This document shows positions 37,651 through 50,200 of a stretch of DNA of 64,000 bases, in pieces. The notes under the pieces were generated by a model, which saw only the letters and a program-made list of their open reading frames with translations, was not told the origin of the DNA and made no database searches. The DNA comes from Callorhinchus milii (lineage: Eukaryota), in assembly GCF_018977255.1 (NCBI RefSeq), contig NW_024704743.1, forward strand, positions 69,256,001 to 69,320,000. Reading direction: 5' to 3'. How positions within the stretch are numbered: position 1 is the first letter of the stretch; every line of letters starts with the position of its first letter. The position numbers and the translations under genes are program-made.

Positions 37651-38784
37651 CACAAATGGTTTTTCCTCCGGCCCCCACACTGTCTCGTGCGGTGTCCCTC
37701 AGGCTCTGTCCTCGGTCCCCTCCTCTTCACCCTCTATATGCTCCCCCTGTGGTGACATCATCCGCAGACATGGGGTTAACTTCCACATGTATGCGGATGA
37801 CACCCAACTCTACCTTTCCTCCTCTACTCTCAACTCCACGACCACCGATGTCCTGACAGCTGCCTGTCCGACATCGAGTCCTGGACGAGAGACAACTTTC
37901 TTCAGCTCAACGTGCATAAAACTGAGGCCCTCCTGATTGGTTCGCGTCAGCGTCTCCGCACCTCAGGCGCTGACACCATCAGCATCCAAGGCTGCACTCT
38001 CCACCTCTCAAAGCCATCAGGAACCTCGGGGTTCTGTTCGACCCTGAGCTGTCCTTTCTTCCTCATATCCGCACCACAACTGGCACCGCCTTCCATCACC
38101 TCCGGAACATCGCCAGACTACGGCACTACCTCACCCCTCACGCTGCTGAAACTCTGGTCCACACCTTTATCACCTCAAGGCTGGACTATGGGAACTCTCT
38201 CCTCGCCGGCCTTCCCGCCACCTCCCTCCACAAGCTGCAGGTCATTCAGAACTCTGCAGCTCGTGTACTGTCCCGCACCAGGCACCGCGACCACATCACT
38301 CCCACCCTCGCTCGCCTCCACTGGCTCCCCATCCCCCAGAGGATCGAATTCAAGATCCTCATCCTCACCTACAAGGCCATTCACGGCCTCGCTCCCTCCT
38401 ACCTCTCCGACCTACTATCCCCCTACCTACCTGCCCGTACCCTCCGTTCCTCTGGCTCCGGTCTGCTCCACATCCCCCGCCCCAACCGCCCTACCATCGG
38501 TGGCCGGGCCTTCAGCCTCTCAGCCCCGAAGCTCTGGAACTCTATCCCCCAGTGCCTTCGCCGCCTCCTCCCTTTCCTCCTTCAAGGCCGGTCTCAAGAC
38601 CTTTCTCTTTGACCGTGCCTTCAGCTCCCCTCTCGACTCTCTACCCCCTCCTCGCTCCCTCCCTTCCCTCCCCTCCCCCTGACCATTTCCCCCCTGCTCG
38701 GGTCCTGACCCAACTGTACAGCGCCTTGGGACGTCCTCCCGACGTGAAAGGCGCTCAATAAATGGAATCTTGTTGTTGTTGTTG
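37651..38784 (+). mobile_element. L2-clade LINE, 5'-truncated, frameshifted, with 7-bp TSD TAGGCTC
   Basis: GVPQ, YADDTQLY, SRLDY, LHWLP motifs across frames; stem-loop 3' tail plus (TTG)n; TAGGCTC at 37644-37650 and 38785-38791. Confidence 0.93.
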
Positions 38785-38995
38785 TAGGCTCACCGTTGAA
38801 ATAAATGCATCAACAATATAGGTTCCACCTGAATGAAACATGCATTCTTTTATCCACTTGTCAACAACCTGATCACAAGTCAACGCAATCATTGAAGACC
38901 TATACTAGTACTACATGCAGTTCTGAAAACCCAAAGTATCTCCCAAAACACAAATGATAAAGCGAATTATAATTACATACAACTCACATCTGGGT

Positions 38996-39001
38996 TTTAT
39001 T
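38996..39001 (-). terminator. Candidate ANKRD28 polyadenylation signal (AATAAA)
   Basis: Minus-strand AATAAA about 2 kb after the stop codon, followed by GU/U-rich sequence. Other AATAAA candidates exist (about 40130, 39730). Confidence 0.35.
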
Positions 39002-40995
39002 ATCCATAAAATATACAATAATTTCAGCAATGTATTTAAAGAATGCAGTAGGTAACCAAGCAGTCACAATTTCTATATACATGCTATAATCTTAACTCCT
39101 TCAAGAAAAAAGAGACGAAGCAGAGATACATTAAAACAGAATAAATTTTGTTCTGTTTCCACATGTTGTACATATTCAGAAATCAGCTCATATTTTACAG
39201 GATTCCAGTTATTAAAATATCATGGTTTGACAGAAGGATCCTCTGGACTTTTATCCAAAGCAGCGGAAAAGTCATGCCAACTAAAAAGGTGGCCCGACTG
39301 CGTAAAATTCATAATATTTGAAATCCAATAAACCAAAGAAAACCCTGCTGAATCAAATACATTACTTCTTCAAGAACATAGTGATTTAAACATCAAAATG
39401 AATCCAATCCAGTCATTAATTGTGCGATACAGGCCTCCTTTTTGGGATGAGAAACACTAAATAGAACATCTCAAACAATATTTAGACAAAACTAATTTGT
39501 TCCAAGTATAGCATTTTTTTTTAATCCATCCATGTGAACAACTGATGCGTAAACATTGCTGAATCAGGGCTTTCTATGTAAATTTACATAGAACATTGAA
39601 TTCATGGTCAGGTTCAACTGCAAACAGATTGAAAACACTGCCTGGTTCAGCTGTAATATACCCAGCACGATCACTTGAAAGTGTTCTTCCTCAACCACTG
39701 AAGAATCAAACGACCAGACTGCATTAGCTTTATTGTGTCATAAGTGGCTTATTCAAAGAAACTGCTAGACATGGAACAACGCAGTGATACAACTTCATAG
39801 GTCTTTCTCCCTGAATGTATAGTTGTAAGGATAAAACAGTGAAGGCACTGAAGAAATCAGAAACAAAAAGTACATTGGGTTTTACAAATGTGGCTTTAAA
39901 TAGTGTAAAATATTTTATTACCTAAAAGGTGAACGTCAATTAAAACCCAAATTCACTACACTGCAAAGTCCAGGCAATCTTCCTATTCAAGACTCCTATA
40001 TCCTGTGTTAACGCTGGCCTCCAGAACTACAAACCTGTATTGTAAAATATCAATCATATCATAAAACACACAGGTAAAAGTAAGGTTTGAAAAACTGCAG
40101 ATAGAATGGGAATTCCTCCACAATACGATTTATTGTACATTTTAATTATCCATCACTTTGACTGTACCATTTTCATTGATCTTAGGTTAAACTAGAAAAG
40201 TAGGAAAAGGGCATTCACATTGGCTCAAACATAGGCTCAAATTTCTTTCCCTCACCATTCCACTTGAGACATTTAGAACCAATTAGACAGAGAGATCAAC
40301 AAATGTACATTAAAATATCTCTGAAGAATTTCACTTTAATACTGTTAAATCAACGTTTTTAAAGTTGCACAGCTTGAGAGATCTTTTATTCCAGCTCTCT
40401 AAATTATTTCACTTTGTACATAAGATTTTTTTAAAAAACCAGTTTGGTCCCTTTGGCAAATAAGTGTGCACGTGAGTGACATTATATCCCAATTGTGTTA
40501 TATCACTTTCCCCATTAAATTCATTAATTCCCCTTTCTATTTAGGAATATTTGGTTGCCTGTCTCCATTTATTTTAAGGACTGCTATTCCACCCAGCATC
40601 GTAGTCTTCAGATTCAACACTCAACAGTGTGCACTGTTGAAAGGAATCCTGGCACAGAAAATAAAAGAGCATTAAAGTAACATTACATTGGCATCCATTG
40701 ACTTTGCAGTAGTTTCCTACATTGTTTATAAACTTTTGAGCTTCCTGCTTTCTTATTCAGCGCCTTGGGATGTCCTCCCGATGTGAAAGGCGATATACAA
40801 ATGTAATTTTTGTATTGGATTCCTTATGCCTGCATTTTCTGTATCTTCTATTTTTGATAATTTGATCAACTTTAAATCTACAATGCAACTGCTCCAAGTG
40901 GCCCAGAGAATTTAAAAGGCGCTCATTTTCAAAACAACCCATCCACCATGGGCTTGCAGCAAGGGCTCTCAGCACAAACGTTCAAGTCGGTGTAT

Positions 40996-41282
40996 TCAAT
41001 AGGTCTCTGAATCAGAGTCATTTAGATCATCGTCTTCAGCATAAGGGTAACCATCTTCCCTGCCTATATTGTTCAAACTGCAGAAAGAACTGTGATCACT
41101 TCTCATAATTGGTAGAGACTCAAAGCAAACAGTCTTCGAAGGATTGCTGTAATGATTAATGGCGTTAAAACTGAGAGTAGGTAAAGTGCCGCTGGATGAA
41201 ACAGGCATCATAGTGGCCAGAATGAGGGCTAGGCAGTCCGCCACATCTTTATTCGGAGCACAGGCCAAAGCAGGCGTGTAAC
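40996..41282 (-). CDS. ANKRD28: ANKRD28 last coding exon
   Basis: [28 protein letters not shown]...DSDSETY, TGA at 40998-40996. Confidence 0.96.
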
Positions 41283-44200
41283 CTGAAACAGTTAAAAGTT
41301 TTTAAAGAAAATATTACAAAACGTTCCTTCCTCTGAAAAGAAATTCAATAACAATAGCCGAGTTAAGAGTAATCTCCATTTAATTAAAAAGTAAACTACA
41401 CACTAGGCTTTTTGATACATTCCATGGCTTAAATGTAAATATGTGAAAATGCAGTAAAACCATGAACAATTATGATGAAAATATTAAAATAAGATTCCAA
41501 GATCGGGAGAACTTCCTAACAAATTATGTAGTTGATGGGAATTAGAAAAGGGATTGGTGGATAAACGGAAGCATTACAGCCTCCAATCAATGCTTCCAAT
41601 AGCTAAGTGGCTGAATCAAGGAACTCAGTAACCTCCTGACTTGTCCAATCCTCTTGGCTATAATAATAATCCTTGCATTTGATACAGCGCTTGATCAGGT
41701 CTTCGGGACGTCTCAGTGTACTTCGCAGAATACATTGTAAAGTGAGTTGACAATTTTGTGAGAAATGCAGCAGCCAATTGCGCACAGCAGTATCCCACAA
41801 ACAGTCATGGATTGAGTGACCAAATTATTTTTTATTATTATAAGGCATTATTATCCCTGGAAAAGCGATCCACCAATCGACTAACAACCAGGTTCCTACT
41901 TACTGCTTGGTAAACAGAGGCGTGTAGAGTAAGGAAACGTACCCAACGTTTCGCCCTGCCGGGAATCAAACCCAGGTCCTCTTGTGAAATGAGTGCTCTA
42001 ACCACTGAGTTACAGCACTCTATGAGTGCTTATGGCACAACAAATGTAATAGGGACAATTCTATGTCCTACAAATGATAGAAATACTTTTATCTAAATAT
42101 AAAATAGTAAATGTCACCATTAGTGCAACAGTTGGGATGTGGAGCTCTGATTTCAGACTCCCTGAGATGAGATATAATCACAATAGAATGACAAACTTTC
42201 TTTAAATCAAGAGGTAAAGTTATTTAAGAAAGAAGTTGTGTAAACATAAGGAGTTTTATACTAGATAGGACTGAGAAAATCATTCAGGATTAGAAAAATA
42301 TTGTATATTGCAAATATTATCTTTTTGGTTCCAATTGAGCAAAATAGATCTAAACTGCATTATGTTGATGAAAAGGCTGGCATGAATTTGGAAGCAGACT
42401 ATTAAAGAAAAGAAAATGGAGTACATCACATACAACCACAGTGAATACCCAAGCATTGTTTAATTTGAGAGATTGGCAACAAGTTTAAATAGTTTTGATG
42501 TTCAAGCATAGATGCAGTTGTTTGACATTATTTTAAAGTGGTTTTCTTGTAGGGCCATCTTGTGGAAATGTTTGCAGTCTTTTATTATTAGATGGCGTAA
42601 CAAATGGAACATTCAGACACAACTACCAGGACAGAACAGTGTCCTGTTTTGCTGGGAGCACTGAAGATTTGGAGAAACAGTGCTGATGTATTAATGGATA
42701 CATCAATGATTCCAAGCAACCCACGTTTATTACTGTTTTTTAAGTGTCTTGGGATATGGACAACACTGAATCAGAAGACATCTTTACCATTTTCCCTTTT
42801 TAATAGTTTTGACTTTTTCCCCTTTCTCATCTACTGTGGTACTGAAAATTTCCCAGTGACCTTTACCATTGAATTTTGGCAAGCTATTCAACAGCAAAGA
42901 CAATAAGATTTATAAAAGCAATGCAGGGTCAACAAGATAAAAATAAACAAAATTCCTTCAATAGTGGTTACTAGTTTAAAATCAATACAATCTACTTTAC
43001 ATCTCATCTAAAACAATCAATCAAATGTCCATGTATGCAGATTGAATGCTGCCTTTAAAATATTTTATAAAGAAAATAAACCCATTAGCACTTGGGACAA
43101 TCCAGAAATTTCGGCTGCAACCATTATTCATCCCTCACTCAAATATTATGCTCACCGTTAAAGGTTGATTAGACAGAGTAAACTGCCACAATTTTGCATA
43201 CTATACATAAACTTAAAAAAAAACAAGCTTACCATTTTCATCTACAGCAAGTACGCTGGCTCCTTTGCTCAACAGCTCTTGCACAACCACAGTCAGTCCA
43301 TTGCGTGCAGCAACATGCAACGGTCTATATAGGAATAGATGAAAATGCAGAAGTTACAATTTTCATAAGGTATAACTTAGCAATGAAACAGTTTGGAGTG
43401 TCTGATAAACACCGAACAATATTTCAAAAAGATTGGAGGGTGACCTGCACTCCTTACTGGAGTGCACTGAAATACTATATAAATATTTGTAGATTTCAAC
43501 ACTTAGAAATGAAAATAAGAAAGTTTTAAAATACATTTTCAGGGGATTGTCTACATCAAGAAAGTATAAACGAAAATGAGAAAGTTACATTTTCAACAAC
43601 AAAAGTGCTTTCAGTAATGTTCTCAGGAGGGCTGTGTGGAGGAAATTGTAGAACACAATATCACTGCACCTATATTATTGTAGAGGAAAGTGTGGATGGG
43701 AAGAGAATTATAAAATAGCACTCCAATGCAGAAGCTGATTATCCATCCATCTTACTTAACTATTTTATAGTTTACATTGATTATTTCTAATTAAAGGAAT
43801 TCCGTACTGCCATTCATAGTTAATGTGCACGATGAGAAAGCTGTATACTTATTTTTCAGCATGTCCTGAAATACACATAATGGTGCATTTCAATTTCCCA
43901 CATACAAATCTTGGCTTTGACAAAATTTGGATTGTATAAGTTAGGATAAAGTGACAAATTAAGTGTCTAATTTTACACTTTAAAGTTGAAATTATGTTTA
44001 AAATATTACTTATCAATACTATGAAATAAAAACAGGAATCCTTACGTTTGCAAAGAAGTATTTGTTGCATTAATGAGGTTCCGGTCAGCAATCTTCTCCA
44101 GTATTAACAAGGCACTAGTTTCATGGCCCTAAAAACAGAGAGAATAAAATGAGTAAAGGCTTACTGCTTTTTTTATTGAAACTCTGAATGCAAACCTTCC

Positions 44201-47200
44201 CCCCAAAAGTACTGCCATTTATAATTAATGTGAATGATGTATATTTTAACCATGTGTGATTTTCAAGCTAATTTCATTGTGCAGGCACCTCTTCGTCTGA
44301 AAAAAGTGTCCCAGGTGTCAGCAAACTCTTCCACAACTAGTATTGCTGTGGAGTTGGCTGTTAAATGCTATGATCCAGCTGTGTTATCTGGACAATGTCA
44401 CCGATTTTCAGTCTGGATAAAATATATTTCATATTCATCTAATTTGGCAAAGTGACTCACCTTTTTGCTTTATTCAGCTTAGTGAAGGTCACTAATTTTA
44501 TTGATCGCACCAAGCTATCATTCTTTGGTTACAAATAGGAGACTTAATTGAGGACTCATTGACTTACAGACCCATTGCACCTCTTGACATTTAGCTAACA
44601 GATATGCAGTCATTATCTAAAATTAGATCAATGTAACCATCAGTACCCCTATCCCTCTGAGGGCTTAATATGACTCTGGTATTTACTACCCACCAGAAAC
44701 CCATTACCACTACCAGTTGCCCAAATTATCTGCACTGCACTTCTATCAGTTAGGTTGTACCAAATTATTCATTCTAAGCATTGAGTACATTTACTTCAAT
44801 CTCCACATATAAGAATATATTGCTGCTTTTCCTTAAAAAAAGGAGCACATTGTCTACGGACCAAGGAACAGGAGTCAACCATATCCTTTATGATAAAGCC
44901 CAGCATTATTCTATTAACCATGTTTTAATGTTTGCTGTACCTACAAACTAGTGTGCAATGACTTACAGTGAAGACCTGCTTTAATGTAATCCATAGAATC
45001 CCAACCAGATCTATAATGGGGTCCATCAGTGCGTCTGCATTTACTGAGCATCCCATAGAAAGACAAAATGCTGGCTGGTGCAGGGGAAGCCAAAATGGCC
45101 AACTCCTGCAGCATTGGGCTGATGCTAACGTCACTTCCTACGTGCTACATGTGTGCAGAAAGTCGCCAGCCTCGCAATACACAAACAAGTAGGTTAGATG
45201 GTAATTGTTGCAAATGCCTAGCTTGACCTAGCATGAGTAGATTAAGTTGTTCATTGTCACTTCCTGCGCTTATGCATGCAAGCTAGCTACCGATACACAT
45301 GAAAACCTTGTTATAATGACACACATAACAGGATTCCATTGTACACACTTACATAGAATTACATAAATGACAAGCCATTCAGCCCAATTTGTCCATTCCA
45401 GCATTTATACTCAAGTGCCCCCTACCCCTCCTGTACTCCTCGTTTATGTATGTATCAAGTTTCCTCTGAAATATGTTGATGCTTCTTGCTTCAACCATAG
45501 CTTCTGGCTTTGTGTTCCACTTTCTCACCACCCTCTGTGGAAAGACATTCCTCCTACTTGGATATATAAATCAGTTTATCTGCCTCCCTTCTCCTCACCC
45601 TCGCTTTAACATTCAAATATATTCTTGGCCACCAATCTCACACCCAAAGTGTTCTCTCTCACACTTTGTTACATTAAAAATCCTAGAATTTAATGTAGCA
45701 ACATCAATATACATTTGATGTCATTGAAATATCTCAAAGCAATACACAGGGTTTTACTGTGAAGTGTAGTGACCGTGTATTTGTAGCTTCTATCTGCCAT
45801 TGTTCTCTCCAACCCCACTCTTTGTCCTTTGCAATTTTTTTTGCAAATCATTCTGCTGTTCACAATTTACATCTCCTACCTTAGCATCATCAGCTAACCT
45901 GGATATACAATATTCTATATCTAAATTTGTATATAGTGGCGAAACCTAGTACCAAGCGTCAATCCCTGTGACACACCACTTGCCACTGTCTACCAATCAG
46001 ATAATGTCCCCTTTATTTCACCTGTCTGCCTACCTCCCAACCAATTTCCCATCATGTCATGAGATAATCTCTAATTCCATGCATCTAAATTTTATTTAGA
46101 AATCTGTTATACAGCACCTTATCAAATGCCTTCTGAAAATCCAAGTACATTAGCATCTATCAATCCTACTTTTTATCTATCACCTCAGCGTTTCATTTAA
46201 AAACTTATTTTTAGAAGAAAACCATTCTGACTCTTCCTGATCAAGGTCCCTTTACAAATTCTGCACCATTGTCATGAAATCAGGAGTGGCATTGACAGAG
46301 TCACTCGAGAGGGCATGTGTCTCATTCTTTAGCTTACCCTGCCTGGATCTTTTAAATCTTGGGCTGAAATCTCCCTTTTTTGTGCCTGCCACACTGGCTT
46401 CTTAAGAGCCCTGTTTAGGACAATTCTCAAGCTCTGTCAAAATAAAGACATTTACAGGGCTGTTACTAAAACTGCTTACTACAAAATGCAATAAATTGAA
46501 CTTTCTAATATGGCTAGACAACAGTCAAGACAAGTATCAACAGGACAAATGTGATTTAAAATTAGGCTTATATGTAATAGTGGAAAATGACCTGACCAAA
46601 TTGGAGGTCCAATAGCACAATTGCTTCAATTGTCTCTAGGGATTTAACTCCTTTCCCCTCCAGGAACTATTTACATGTGGAGGTTGAATAAATGAGGTAA
46701 AATTATCTTTTTGTTTCAGAAAAACATACGTGGAAAAGGACAACGCCAATGTCTTGACTGCAGTAGATCTATATCTTATGATGTTGATTTGCTCAATTTT
46801 ACTGGAAAGTGAAGCAACACTTCTAAGTAAATAAAAAGTTGAATTATTTTAAATAAATTAAAAGCACAAGCCCAAGTACTCAGTATATTGGAGAAGGCCT
46901 TTTAGTCGTCAGACCTGCTCTAGCATTTTATTAGGTCATGGCAGCAAATTACACCATATCTTTCAAGTATCTAACAAAACAAAATAAATTCTATATTTCT
47001 TAAGGCTGGAGTGATGCTCACCTTGCTACAACCCAAATGGAGGGCTGTGTTTTTGTTCACATCCTGTAGGGTCAGGTCTGCTTTTGCACTGCTGACTAAC
47101 ACCTCTGAAAGACATAACAAAAATAGGCATTTGAAAAACTTAATCACAAAACTCCACCAAACTGATGAGAGCTCCACTTATTGGAACTGTATTTTGCCTT

Positions 47201-50200
47201 CTACTACAGATATACAAAAGTACTGCTGTTTAAATACTGTGAGGTTCTAGCAGCCGGTTAAAGTTAAGCTAAGCCAGTTATGAATCGTGAGTCAATATCT
47301 GCTGTACATTCCAATCCAAATGATATCACATACAAATCTATTACAGAGAGTATCAAATTTGCTCAGTTAATAATTGAGTAGGTATGAAGCACAGTAAAAT
47401 GAAATCTATAGTGGTACACAAGGTTTATTTAAAAAATAACAGATCCATAAAATATGGATTTTAAATTTGTGGCACACCACAATCTAAGCAAACCCCATAG
47501 TGCATTATCTATTAGCTTTGCCAGGCTTCAAATCCCCAGAATGAATCAAAGCAAAATTTTTGAAGCATCTTCCTTTTTGTTAAAAGTGCTGATTTATGAA
47601 GAAAATTTGTTTAACTTAAGGTCACAGAGCCTCTGAAATGATTACATTGCCTACAATCTGCCAGCACTTGAGCAAGCACTGTTTTCTAGAAATGCTGACA
47701 ACGTTCTTTAAAGCATGTTGTTTCCCAGGTTATAGAATGATGAAAGAGAGATGGATAACGTCCTTACCAACAGCATTAGTCTGCCCATTCTCTGCCGCCA
47801 TCATTAAGGGCGTTTTCCCAGCAGAATCTACAGCATTCACTTGAGCATTGTGGCTGAGTAGAAGCTGTAAACATTCAACATGATCTGTGAAAGCTGCTGC
47901 ATGAAGAGGAGCTCTATAGTAAATGAAAAAATAGTTAATCACAGAATTTTAATTCGTCTTCTTTTCTTCAATTTAAATTACAACTACTTTGAAAAGGAAA
48001 CTTGTTCATTTATTCACATTTCAAATAATTTTATTCCACACGTAATAAATCTGTACAAAAACATCTTTCATAACACCTCATTGTTGGCATTACATTAGTG
48101 GAAAATCAAATAGAATTATAAATGGACATTTAAAAGGTCATTAGAACCCACGTACAATTTTATAGTGATCTGAAATGATGCAACATCTAGTTCCTTACAG
48201 AAAACATTCAGCATTGACTGATAAAACACAGACATAATAATAATCATCCCTACATATCTTATAGTGCCTTTCACTTTAGGATGTCCCAAGATGCTTCACA
48301 GTATATACTGTAAAGTGCAGTGATTGTACATGTTTTGTGGGCAAACATGGCAGCCAATTTGCACATTGTAATGACCCACAAACAGTCATAGAATAAGCGA
48401 CCAATTTTATTTGGGAGATTGTTGGCCAGGACATAGGGAGAAACTACCTTCTCTTTTTGAATAGTGCCATGGAATCTTTAATATCCACCTGAACAGGCAG
48501 AAGGGGCCTCAGTTTAATGTTTCATTCGAAAGACAGTACCTCCAACAATGCAGCACACTCTCAGGAGTGGATTGCCAGCTTAACTATGAGTTACAAATCC
48601 CGATGTAGAGCTTGAACCCACAATCTTCTGACTCAGAGGTGAGAGCTATCAACTGAGCCAAGCTGATACATCTGAATTGTCCAGTTATCCAAATTCTGTT
48701 TGAACACAGGGATGTTCCCTCAGGGATATTTTTAAGGGTCTCACCTAATTACCTAATTCTGGAGAGTGTTAGATGCAGATTGGCAAGAGCCAAGGCGAGA
48801 GGATCCCATAGTGTGTATTGAGTACTGCTGGGGTTTAACCAGCTACAACCATATAGAATGTCATTCAAGTAACTGTCTAGCAAGATTCCTACTGCTTGTC
48901 CAGCTAGGACCACCCTGTCTGCTAGCGATTTGGCTTGGAGGGTTAACAGGAGATGAGTGGGAAGAATCCCTGTTCCTAGTGACTAGTCTGTCCAAACGTG
49001 TTCTTCCATTGAGCCAGGCTGGCTGATCTGTCATCAACAATACCCTGGAGTATTGCAGACCCGCCTGGCTCAGAAACAAGACTACAGAAACGGTCACAGA
49101 AGGTTGACTCAATTCCCACATTTTGTTACCAGCTCAGCTCCAAGGAAATTCCATTTGCATCTCCCCAAGGATGTTGGAACACTCCACAATGCCATAACCC
49201 AGCATGTTGGCACATTACATCACACCAGGTGATTTCTGTTCCATCATGACATACTCTACCATTAAATAAATTCACTATATCCTATACTTTTAATGCCATA
49301 GTGGAAGAAAAAATAATTTCATTACCTTCCCTTTCCATCTGTAGAGTTTACAATGTTAGCACCTAGAACATCTATTAACATTTCTGCAGACCCTTCATTG
49401 TCATTTATTCTGAAAGGGGGAAACAAAAAAAGTCATTTGACAGAACATTTTTAGTTGCATAAAGATTTAGATGATAAAAGAGAAATAACTTACACAGCAC
49501 AGTGTAAAGGACTAAATGCATTGCCTTCCAGTTTCTGAAAAATCTCCTGTTCCAGCAGAAGTTCTACACAAGTATCATGACCTGAAAAAGACGAGAGTTG
49601 AATCACTTAAGTTTCTTGTTACTACAATATTACTGTATACTGTAACTGCTCTCGTACTGTACAGAACAGTTCACACTTATATAGCGTCCTTCATATGGAT
49701 AGCTTCTCTTAACTGTGTGGTTTAATGCTGCGTTGGAAAGAGAGGGGAGCTGACTGCAGGCATTATCAAAGAGGAAGGTCTTCAGGTGCAATTTGAAGAA
49801 GTGCAAAGCGGAGACAAAATGGAGGGATTGAGACAGGGAGTTTCAGAGATTCGGAACATAGTGGATGAAAGCGGGAATATGCAGAAGAACTGAGTCAAGT
49901 AGTAGAGTGGGGTGTGAGCAGAAACAATGTTTGCAGAATATTTGCTCAAAACAAGGACACATCACAAATGGAACAGAAACATACTATTGTATTTATAAAC
50001 AAATAGTGAGCATCAGTTTGGCTCATTTCTACTTACAATGAGCAAAAAACATCAGGTGCAAGACATGCTGTTTGGTCAGATATATGAACCAGAAAACTGC
50101 AGTACTGTAAGCTATTTGCAATCGAATTACTGATAAACTGGGATAATGACAATTTCTCAGGCCTTATGATAAGTTTGGTCATCTTAAATGAGATGAAAAC

